The notes below the pieces were generated by a model. That model had not been told where the DNA came from. It saw only the letters and a list, made by a program, of their open reading frames with translations, and did no database searches. Positions 28,310 through 38,856 of a stretch of 64,000 nt of DNA are shown one piece after another. Position numbers and translations under genes: made by a program. Source of the DNA: Macrostomum lignano (lineage: Eukaryota); NCBI GenBank assembly GCA_002269645.1, contig NIVC01001410.1, positions 230,634 to 294,633 on the forward strand. Reading direction: 5' to 3'. How positions within the stretch are numbered: the stretch's first letter is position 1; each line of letters starts with the position of its first letter.

Positions 28310-30740
28310 TATGCAGTTTGCGTCACAGCTGGCACGTCTCAAAGCCAGGTCGCGAACAAATGCCGCGCCGCCGGCCGAAACCGAAGCGCCGGCGTCAGCC
28401 AGCAGGCAGTCGACGAAATGCCGAGGTGCGGGCCTACCCCCGCTGGTAGGGTGCCTGCAGCGTTAGCAGTAGCACCTCCTGCACCGGTTGTGGGCAGTAC
28501 ATCTCGGCGCGGATGATATGGCCTGCCAGCTGGAGTCGCGGACGGCGCAACAGGTCGCTTCAAAAGGACCAAGCCGGCGCGGCCAGTGATACAAAGCCGC
28601 GTTAGTCACTTGCTCGTAGCCGATCTTGAAGGCGGCGGTGCAGCAGGCCAGCGTGCGCCGCGTCAAGTTTTTGATCGAGCGAGTCCGTCAGAGTTTAGGT
28701 CTCGGCGTTGTTCAACAGGATGGTCTGGACCACCACCTGGAACAACGCCGCCCTCTGGTGCAGGGTCAGGTAGGGCCTCGGACTGCAGGACAGGCCCTCA
28801 CAGAACGGAAGGCAGCCCAGGCATGCCCGCGGCGACACCGCAAATCTTCGCCGACGCCGGGAACCATGCAGACCGCAGAGGTAGACGAACTGCTGACAAC
28901 GTGGAAGCTCTGTTGCCTGCCCATCAGCGCCTCGGCACAAAATCACATGCAGAACACGACGGTTTTCTGCGGCCAACACTCGCCGCAACAGCCTGTCCAG
29001 TTTTCGCTAGGTGCCCTCGACAGTTGAGGTGAGAGATCGAGGGACATCAGTACGTGCGAGATCGTCGGCATAGCCAAGCACGCTGCGCCGTCTCTCCGGT
29101 CGACGTCGAACCAGGGGCGTAGCCAGGAATTTTGATTGGGGGGGGCCGTGAGTTAGGGGGCGCCAGCTTCTTATATAGGGGGGCGCCATGCAGTTTCTTC
29201 TAGGGGGGCGCCAGTTTCTTCTAGGGGGGCGCCAGTTTCTTATAGGGGGGGCGCCAGTTTCTTATAGGGGGGGGGGGACGCCAGTTTCTTTTAATGGGGC
29301 GCCAGTTTCTTTTAGGGGGGGGGCGCCAGTTTCTTAGGGGGGGGGGGCGCCAGTTTCTTTTAGGGGGGGGCGCCAGTTTCTTTTAGGGGGGCGCCAGTTT
29401 CTTATAGGGGGGGGGGGCGCCAGTTTCTTTTAGGGGGGGGGCGCCAGTTTCTTTTAGGGGGGGGGGGCGCCAGTTTCTTTTAGGGGGGGGGCGCCAGTTT
29501 CTTTTAGGGGGGGGGCGCCAGTTTCTTTTAGGGGGGGGGCGCCAGTTTCTTTTAGGGGGGGGCGCCAGTTTCTTTTAGGGGGGCGCCAGTTTCTTATAGG
29601 GGGGGGGCGCCAGTTTCTTTTAGGGGGGGGGGGCGCCAGTTTCTTTTAGGGGGGGCGCCAGTTTCTTTTAGGGGGGGCAGTTTCTTATAGGGGGGGCGCC
29701 AGTTTCTTTTAGGGGGGGGCGCCAGTTTCTTATAGGGGGGGCGCCAGTTTCTTTTAGGGGGGCGCCAGTTTCTTTTAGGAGGGGCCGGGGCACCAGTTTC
29801 TTTTAGGGGGGCCCGGGGGGAACGCCAGTTTTTTTTTAGGGGGGGGCGCCAGTTTCTTTTAGGGGGGGGGCGCCAGTTTCTTATAGGGGGGGGCGCCAGT
29901 TTCTTTTAATGGGGGCGCCAGTTTCTTTTAGGGGGGCGCCAGTTTCTTTTAGGGGGGGGCGCCAGTTTCTTTTAGGGGGGGGGGGGCGCCATGCAGTTTC
30001 TTTTAGGGGGCGCCAGTTTCTTATAGGGGGGGGCGCCAGTTTCTTTTAGGGGGGGGGGCGCCAGTTTCTTTTAGGGGGGGGGCGCCAGTTTCTTTTAGGG
30101 GGGGGGGGCGCCAGTTTCTTATAGGGGGGGGGGGCGCCAGTTTCTTTTAGGGGGGGCGCCAGTTTCTTATAGGGGGGTGCCAGTTTCTTTTAGGGGGGGC
30201 GCCAGTTTCTTTTAGGAGGGGCCGGGGGCACCAGTTTCTTTTAGGGGGGCCCGGGGGGAACGCCAGTTTCTTTTAGGGGGGGGGCGCCAGTTTCTTATAG
30301 GGGGGGGCGCCATGCAGTTTCTTTTAGGGGGGGGGGGCGCCAAGGCCAGAGTTGCATGGTGATGGGGGGGCCACGGCCCCCTTGCCCCCCTCTGGCTACG
30401 CCCCTGCGTCGAACCACGCGTCGCCGCAACTTAACAGACAGCCGTCGTCGTTATAGAAGGAAGATTGATCCTCAGCACCCAGTCAAGCACCAGAACGAAC
30501 AGGAACGATCCGCGCAAGCGTATTTCTTACAGCACCCCAGAGGATGTCTCAAAGAAGTCCGATAGGCCTTCCGGTGTTGAAACAGCAGCTTTCGTATCGC
30601 GGTACATCACCATGAAGGCGGAAATCAGCTTCGATCTCTACTGGCAAGTTGTACGCATGGAGCACCTTTTGGGAACACAGACCTGCTGACCGAGTCGAAT
30701 GCCTTTTTTTGAAATCAATAGATGCTGGGTATGCCCACTC
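28310..30740 (-). mobile_element. Decayed, 5'-truncated non-LTR retrotransposon (LINE) RT region, split by a MITE
   Basis: Minus-strand RT motifs across frameshifts and stops: IDFKKAFDSV (~30690-30720), SSGVL*..TLA..FLFVLVLDW (~30475-30550), SVLGYADDLA (~29055-29085), then AALFQVVVQTILL, KLDAAH and RHFVDCLLADAG. Confidence 0.88.
29112..30406. mobile_element. hAT-type MITE (1295 bp) expanded by G-run tandem repeats, inserted in the LINE RT
   Basis: 15-bp TIR CAGGGGCGTAGCCAG / CTGGCTACGCCCCTG. Exact 8-bp TSD CGTCGAAC at 29104-29111 and 30407-30414. Internal GCGCCAGTTTCTTTTAG(G)n units. Confidence 0.93.
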
Positions 30741-30781
30741 AATTAACACGACAAGAAGAGACACTAAAAGCGTGCCATGCT

Positions 30782-30915
30782 GGTCACTTCGTCAAATTAC
30801 TAGCTTTTCGTCAAATGGTTGACGAAATGACTATTTGGTAGGGGTAGCGGTATTTGCTATTGACGAAGGGAACCAAGTTTAGAGGTCTTACTGTTGGGTA
30901 GTTGACGAAGTGACC
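30782..30915. mobile_element. Small (134-bp) MITE-like element
   Basis: 14-bp perfect inverted repeat GGTCACTTCGTCAA / TTGACGAAGTGACC and internal palindrome TTTCGTCAA-ATGG-TTGACGAAA. No TSD seen. Confidence 0.55.
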
Positions 30916-31303
30916 GAGATCAATGGCTCCCCGAAGCCTGCTGGTCAGTTGAAACAAAACGAATGTTTAATTACTTTGAAATATTTGAATTATTTGAATA
31001 CTCGTTGCCAAAAGCGTATACTCGTAGATCATTAAGCATTTGTTAAAAAGTCTTTATTTGTGGTTTTCAAGGTTAGTTTTTATTAATTAATTATTGAATT
31101 GTTTATTATTGTTCATCATTCTATTTGAAAAAGATTTTCCTTTGTTGTAACTTAATAAGTTTTATATTTACAAAATTCAAATGTTGTATATATTTAGAAA
31201 CCACCCTATAGACCGCCCCACCTCATTTGCAAACTTTGAAAGGTTTGTTCAAAGAAAAGACATACATCCAACTAGAGTAGGGTGCTCCGCTTTATGTTGC
31301 AAC

Positions 31304-34300
31304 ATGATTAGTTTTTTGTAGTTGGATTTGCCGCACTGTTCATTTTGGCACTTGTCGGGTTTCTTCTGTATGCTTCCCCCGTAAGTGAACTTAGGGCCTA
31401 ACTCATAAAGATCTAGCAACTATTTTTAATTATGTATTTTATTAAATATGAAAAAAACTAATACATGCTCGACCTCTGAAATTAAATTGGCTGAATGACT
31501 TTGTTTTTACCAAAATTCGACTTAGTTTGCTTTTGTTGCAACTTATGTGATTTTTCTTTTTTTGATACAATAGTCAGTTTTGTAAATGCCATGGTCAGGA
31601 AGGTGCAGCGTGTGCGCCGGAATAACATCCATCAAAATTTTTGTTGTGCGCCGCGTGCGCCGAGAAAAAAAAATTACTTGTGCGCCATGCGCCGAGAAAA
31701 ATACACTTGAAAAAGCACCATCAAGTATTAAGTATCTAAATTGAATCAATATCAATGGAAGTTCAAGCAGTTCAATCATGGCTTCTATTTGCAAAATATA
31801 AGCAAAAAGACGCAACAAAAGCCGCGAAAGGCGCAAATTTGTTAAGTTTGTTAAGTCGATTAATGAAATTTGAAATAGAAACAACATTGGAAATAACGAC
31901 TATCGTGATGACTGTCGTTTATTTTATTGATTGATTGACATTATACGTTTTTTTATTATTCATTATTATATTGTCACGTACACTGACGTACCTTGTGCGC
32001 CATGCGCCGAGCCATGCACCGATGCACCGAGCCATGCGCCGATGCGCCGAGCCCATGCGCGCGGCGCAGTGAAGTGTGCGCCGTGCGCCAGCAAATTGCT
32101 GATTTGTGCCAGAAAATTCCAAGGATTCTACCGTCTTCCTGGCTGTGGTGTAAATGTAACCCCTGCCCATGATTTGCCACAATTTATGCTAGCCAGATTA
32201 GCTGGGTCAGCTGTCAAATAAGCACATATTAAAATTTTGTTAATTTTATATTGCTAAGATAAAGGTAGTTGCCTTTATAATAGGTAGGGCCTAAATATAA
32301 CTATGAATAGAGAATAGTAGGCCCTATAAATATATAAATATCAAAAATCAAAAAGATAAAATAAGACTTATATAGATATATTTTATTTTCAATTCAAGCA
32401 CCATTCCACACTCAGGAAGGTGTCACATATCACATATGCTATGCCCCACTGTGTGCTCAAAATTTCTACTAAGCCTTTGTTGTGCGCCGTGTGCACCAGT
32501 TCACGCATCTTTTTTGTTGATGTGTACCAGAATTTTCTGCTACAATATATACCTTTCTGAGTGTAGGCACCATTTAACAATTCTAGGGGGGGGGCTATGC
32601 AATATATAATATAGGCAAAGCAATATTTACTTATATAGAAAAGATTTTTATAATAAAATTTAATATTTAGAAACTAAGTATTATAGCTAAATAGATACGA
32701 TACTCGTAATTTAAATGAGTGGGTCTTAAATTGTAACATTGATTATAGACTTAACAAAGTATTGAGTTCTTTAAGCTTGCCCTTGAAATAATCCAATGAA
32801 CAAAGGCTTTTAATAAGGGTGTCTATGACTTAGAAAAACCTAGATAAACTCAGAAAAGCCTAAAATGGCCAAAAATATCAACATTAAGAAAATAAAAGAT
32901 GGAATTAAAAACCTGGAAATCAATATAACTTTTTGAACCTAAAACTTAAAGCTTCAGAAGTTTATTAATTTTTTAATTCTTTTGTAGTTTCTTTGCTAAT
33001 TAAAGTTTTGTTCATTTATTTAACCCATTTTAGGGTGCCAAGAAAAAGATAGACATTCCAGGCCCACCTCCTAGTGACAAGCTGTAAGTCCTCCTAAATT
33101 ATATCATTAACAAGTGTGCTTTATTAGTATAATAGGCCATCTAATATTGGATTAAACACATTCTTCCATTGTATCAGCCTTGGCAATTTGCCAGACATTG
33201 GCAAAGCAGGCAGCCTACACGAGTTCCTGTGCGATCTGCATGCTGAGCATGGCCCCCTGGCTGGCTTCTACTTCGGCCAGCAGTTTGTGGTGAGCCTGGC
33301 CAGTGGTGAGCTCATGCGACAGACCGTGCGCCTGTTTGACAAGCCGCCTGAGCTGTTTAAACTGTTTCAGCCACTCTTTGGTGAGTGTGGCTGATTATTT
33401 GAGTTTTGGCCTTGGCTTAGGTAGCTTGCTGAGGATAAAAAAGCCCAGCCTCGCATTGTGGACTCTTTTTTATTATACTGATATAAAAAACTGCTAAGAA
33501 AGTTATTGTAAAATTACATGATTATTTTTATGAATGCAGCATTGGGAACCGGACATATGTAGTCGTGAGAATGTACCCGCTTCCCCACTGCCAGCCTCCT
33601 AGATCCTCATTCCTCAGTTGCTAGTCCACAGCATCCTAGATCCTCAGTTTGCTAGGCCACAGCGTCCCAGATCCTCAGTTGCTAGGCCACAGCCTCCCAG
33701 AACCTCAGTTGCTAGGCCACAGCCTCACAGATCCTCAGTTGCTGGGCCACAGCCTCCCAGATCCTTAGTTGCTAGGCTACAGCCTCCCAGATTCTCAGTT
33801 GTTGGGCCAAAACCTTTCATCCTCAGTTGCGGGGCCACGACCTCCCGTATCTCAAATTAATCCATGTAACCCTCAGGCCCGAAGTCCATCCAATACGCCA
33901 ACGGACTGGAAGGCCGCACCCGGCGGAACACCTATGACCGGGCCTTCTCGCACGAGGCCGTCGGCCGGACCTTCCCCGTGCTGGACGAGTGCGCAGACGA
34001 GCTGATTGAGAAGCTGCGGGCCATGGCCGCCAAGGGCGAACGAATACCGCTGTCCCGCTTCTGCATTGGCCTGGCCATCAAAGCGATTCTTCGAGTGACA
34101 GTCGAGCCCGACAGCGCCAGCCTGCCCGATGAGCAGGTAACTGTTTTTCACGGCTTGTACAGCAGAAATCTTTCTGTAATAAAACGCTTTCTAATTTCCT
34201 AATTGCTTATTCTTCATCCCAAATCCCATACTCAGGTGGCTCAATTGAAATCCTGCTACGATCTCGCTTGGAACGAGATGGAGGCGCGTCTGACTCAGGG

Positions 34301-36307
34301 AGAGCCCGAGGCTGGCGATCATCGCGTCCAGGTGCGCGACTGTTGGGATTTCTGATCCTAAATATGGTAAATACCCAACTCAAACAGGAAGATCCCGATT
34401 CCAAATATGAAGATCCCGATCCCAAATACAAAGATCCTGAATCCAAATATGAAGATCCCGATCCCAAATATGAAGATCCCGATCCCAAATATGAAGATCC
34501 CGATCCTAAATATGAAGATCCCGATTCCAAATATGGAGATACCGATTCCAAATATGAAGATCCCGATTCCAAACATGAAGATCCCAATTTCAAACATGAA
34601 GATCCCAATTCCAAACATGAAGATCCCGAATCCAGCTATGAAGAACCCAGATAGAGAGATCCAAATCCTGAGCTTAAGACTAAAAGCAGGTGTTACATTT
34701 AGCCATTGTAATTGAACTCACAATGCCCTACCCGATGCTACCCAGGCATTCAACGACGCCCTTTCGCACCTGCACGAATTCGTGGACTCAACCGTACGCC
34801 GACGCTCGGCCATGAAGTTCGACTCGGACGTTGACAAGACCTTCGCCGATCTGGCCATCGAGCTGCACGCCAAGGACGCCGAGGCTCTCCGATCCGATGT
34901 GATCACCTACATGGTTGGCGGGTTCCACACCTCCGGCTACCTGCTGCTCTGGGCCCTCTACTATGCTATCCAGCACCCGAACCTGGCCGACCGGCTCCGG
35001 GCCGAGTCCGCCGAGGTCCTCGGCGCCGCCGGAGAGGCCAACATGGCAGCCATCGGGCAGATGACCTTCCATCGGGCCTTCCTTGACGAAACTATGCGGC
35101 TGTCCTGTCTGGCCCCGTTCGCTGCCCGGGTGTCCGATGCCGAGGTCGAGGTTGGCGGCCACACCGTAAGCAGGAAAACCCCACGAGTATTTTTTACAGG
35201 GAAATCCCAGGAGGGAGAATCTATTATGCAGGGAAATCCTAAGTGGGAGAATCTATTTCGCAGGGAAATCCCAGATTCCCAGAAAGGAGAATCTATTTTG
35301 CAGGGAAAACCCAGATTCCCAGAAAGGAGAATATATTTCGCAGGGAAATCCCAGATTCCCAGAAAGGAGAATCTATTTTGCAGGGAAAACCCAGGAGAGA
35401 ATCTATTATGCAGGGAAATCCTAAGTGGGAGAATCTATTTCGCAGGGAAATCCCAGATTCCCAGAAAGGAGAATCTATTTTGCAGGGAAAACCCAGATTC
35501 CCAGAAAGGAGAATATATTTCGCAGGGAAATCCCAGATTCCCAGAAAGGAGAATCTATTTTGCAGGGAAAACCCAGGAGAGAATCTATTTTGCAGGGAAA
35601 TCCCAGGAGGGAATCTATTTCGCTGGGAAATCCCAGAAGGGAGAATCTATTTTGCAGGGAAATCCCAGATTCCCAGAAAGGAGAATCTATTTTGCAGGGA
35701 AAACCCAGGAGAGAATCTATTTTGCAGGGAAATCCCAGGAGGGAATCTATTTCGCTGGGAAATCCCAGAAGGGAGAATCTATTTTGCAGGGAAATCCCAG
35801 GAGGAAGAATCTCTGGCAAAGTTGAGAATAGAAATAGTTGGAAAAAGCTCGTAGTAAACCTGAAAAGAAATAATATTCTCGATTCATAAACCTGAAATGT
35901 GAGTCTATCTAACCGAAAGTTCCTAAAGCAGCAATCTAGCAGGAAAGACAGAGTAACCCTGATCCCTCATCTCCGAGCACTCTCGCCTGCCCCCTTCGCA
36001 GCTGCCAGCCGGCACCCCGGTGATCCAAGCGCTTGGCACGGCCGGCATGTGCTCAGAGGCCTACCCTGAGCCGGACGACTTCAACCCGGACAGGTGGACC
36101 GGCCAGCAGCTGTTTGAACCCTTCGGCTTTGGCCGCCGCAAGTGCCCGGGCTACCGGCTGGCCTACGCCGAGACGGCCCTGTGGCTGTCGCGCCTGCTGG
36201 CCGCCTTCCGCTTCCGGCTGGTTGACGAGACCTACACGGCTGTGTCCAGCTTCGGCCTGCTGACTAAGCCCAATGAGGAGGTCTGGGTGCTGGCCGAGGC
36301 GCTGTGA
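31304..36307 (+). CDS. CYP20A1: Cytochrome P450, CYP20 family (~470 aa), exons 31304-31380 (1-nt frameshift), 33034-33083, 33178-33380, 33877-34136, 34236-34331, 34746-35165, 36002-36307
   Basis: GNLPDIGKAGSLHEFLCDLHAEHGP closely resembles the CYP20A1 N-terminal segment. I-helix YMVGGFHTSG, K-helix ETMR, FNPDRW and heme motif FGFGRRKCPG are present. All GT-AG junctions are phase-compatible. Exon 1 encodes the TM anchor VVGFAALFILALVGFLLYASP. Confidence 0.9.
33590..33850. repeat. Intronic ~30-bp minisatellite related to the 21-2925 family
   Basis: Units CCCAGATCCTCAGTTGCTAGGCCACAGCCT, i.e. the 28-bp unit plus CA. Confidence 0.9.
34387..34665. repeat. Intronic 21-bp minisatellite (GAAGATCCCGATYCCAAATAT)
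   Basis: About 13 copies in CYP intron 5. Confidence 0.93.
35195..35815. repeat. Intronic composite ~27/40-bp minisatellite (GAATCTATTTTGCAGGGAAATCCCAG...)
   Basis: Fills most of CYP intron 6. Confidence 0.92.
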
Positions 36308-37390
36308 GACTGGCTGACAGACTGACAGGCAGACAGACAGATGCTATAAGGCTGACAGCTTTACATCGGAGGCATCATTGTCATAATCATTAGAAATTGA
36401 TGATGGTAAAGTCGAAAATTTCATAAGTTATTGTAGTATGAAAATTGTTTGCTTTATTAGTACTTCAAGTAGACAGTTTGTTTGTAAATTATTCCAGTTT
36501 ATTTGTTGATAAATGCGTTAAAAGTTTCCTATAAGCTTGGCTAGTTGGTGTCCTCTCTGGTACTTGGTTGGCCGTTGTACGGTGTGTTCTTTTTCAAATT
36601 CGAATTGTTTTTTGTTTTCGTGATCTTCAAGTTCGTGCCAGATTTGCTTCGTAAGATTTCAGTATAACGCAAAAATACTCCTGCCGCAGCATGTAGAGTA
36701 ACGAACGTGCGCACCATTACAGATGTGGTTCGAATCGTATTCCACTTCACTTTGTTACTTTTCTCAAACTATTGGACAGGAATTATTCATTGTCTACCCG
36801 TTAAAAGCGATACTCGGGGCAAGAATCGCTAAGTTGCAAACAACTCTGTAGTGACCTTTTAACGACTCAAAGCGTTTAATGCGACGGAGAGGCGACTGTT
36901 TTGTCACAAGCGCGTCCCGCGAGTTGTGGAATCGCATGAGTCGCGAAAGAGTCATCCAAGAATCGTTGTATTGGCGCTTAACTTTCTACTGACTCAGTAG
37001 GCTAGTTAGAGTTCAGTAAGCTACACAAGTGTTTATCGTGTATCTCTGTTTCTAACGCGTCCAGTGACGCTAAAACGCCTTTTTACGACTTTTTAGCGAC
37101 TGGGGAACGCTGCTGAAAAGCCAGAAATGTGCACTGACTCCAATTCACCAAGCGAGGCAAATGCGCTTTAAACAAAACCCTGCAGTGACTCTATAGCGAC
37201 TCAAGAAGTCGTTTCAGAGTAGCAGTCAATAAAACGCTTCAAAGTGATTCCTGGGCGAAATTCGGTGACTTCGACTTGGCTGTGAAATCTCGTTTAGAGT
37301 CGCTTTTTTGTACGACTAGGAAGATGCAAGTGACTCTGGGACGCTTCTTGGCCTGACCGTCGTGTTTTCCATTGGGTTAGGGAGATTAAT

Positions 37391-37525
37391 CAGGGGACGT
37401 GGCTTCCAGGGGGCAAGGGCAGGGGGGCACGCCCCCACACCTATCGGCTGGTAAAACCATATATGGCAAGGGCGTCGCCACCAGGGGGACATGCATCCCC
37501 CCAGTAAAAGCTATGGGGGGGCATG
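37391..37525 (+). mobile_element. Fragments of hAT-MITE-like left ends
   Basis: CAGGGG... at 37391 and AAGGGCGTCGCCA at ~37468 resemble the TIR of the 24560 MITE. No partner end or TSD found. Confidence 0.35.
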
Positions 37526-38856
37526 CCAATTCTTAGAAAACGGCTGGACGCCCCGCTTACGGGCTTTCTGGGACACACGGCCGTCGAGAAGCATCCCGAG
37601 CGGATCAAAGATCGTCGACGGCCAGGTCCAGATCCATGGCTGGCCCGTGATCGCCAGTTCGGCACCGGCCACCGACCAGCCCAGAACATCCCGGACCCGG
37701 CGGACCGCCGCGCCCGACGACACAGCTCGAGGCGCGCCAGTTCCGCCAACCGAGGCGGTCGAGCTACCGGTGGCCGTGGACGTTGATTAGGCAGCGGCTG
37801 CTGTTAATTTCTTCTTTTCGAAGGGCTCCCCCGTGCATGTGGCAGCGGGGATGCCACTTTGATTTTCGTGACTGGCAGTTCCTAATAATTCATGCTTTAA
37901 TTAATTTCAATAATATTTTACGTCCAATGAATGATTTTTGTCCCTTTTTTTGCTGATGGCCCGCCCCAGCGGTGGCCATCTCGCATCCCTTCTTTGGAAA
38001 TCTGCCCGGCCACTTTTGCTGGACAACTTTGTTAAACAATTTCTATTTTTCACGGTATTGAGGCTGTCCAGCGCCTCGCCCATGCGTTTGTTTTTTTGAT
38101 CCAGCATCGTGTTGCTTGTCCCAACTATAATGGTTGATATGCTTTCCCCCAGTAGTTAATAACAAAACCACTGATGTTCGTTTTTCATGCCTTTCCCGTC
38201 TTTGCCCTTTTTCGTTTTGCTTTGTGTTTTCATTCCATCGAGTGCGCGTTGACCACTTATCCTCTCTGTTTAGTGCACACAGCGAATTTAACTTAGTTTT
38301 TAATTTTATTTAGTTTTCCGCTTTAGCGCCTCGGTGCCCGCGAGTCAAATTCTCGATCGTAAGGAAAATAGTAAGTACATTATATCTAATTAAGCCTGCT
38401 CATTAGTCCAAATGATAAATACGTACGAATAAACATCACACTATATTTATTCGTTGAACCATAAGCCATATAGCCTATCTGAGTCATTTGTCCGTGGGAC
38501 GTAAAACAACCCAAAGTTCTCAACTCAAAGAAAGCTCTGAGACTTATCCGTTCCGTAATACGTAAATTACGGTGGTGGCAGCTCTACCCTACTGATAGTA
38601 ATCAGCTTCGCAAATTGACGTGCATCAAATTACGGTGTCAGAAACTTCGGTGTCTACCATTTGAACGACCGTGCCGCTAAACGACCGCTCAGTTACTATA
38701 ACGACTACCCTCCCCTCGGAATTTGAGGACCCCGGCAGCAGGAGTAAAACAGGAGAAAATTACGTTGCGATTCGTCTGCATGATTTTCCGGATTTATTCG
38801 TGCGAACGCAACGCCGGCGGCAATTTCAAAAGTTACAACTTCCAAACAAATCTTTT

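Noticed and set aside
34207-34715. EDPDPKY / MKIPIPN repeat ORFs
   Set aside because: They lie in the 21-bp intronic repeat. The CYP frame splices cleanly around it (34331 to 34746).
35166-35825. C-terminal extension of the 347-aa ORF at 34782-35825
   Set aside because: It is read-through into the intron 6 repeat. The donor at 35166 and acceptor at 36001 restore the heme-binding exon.
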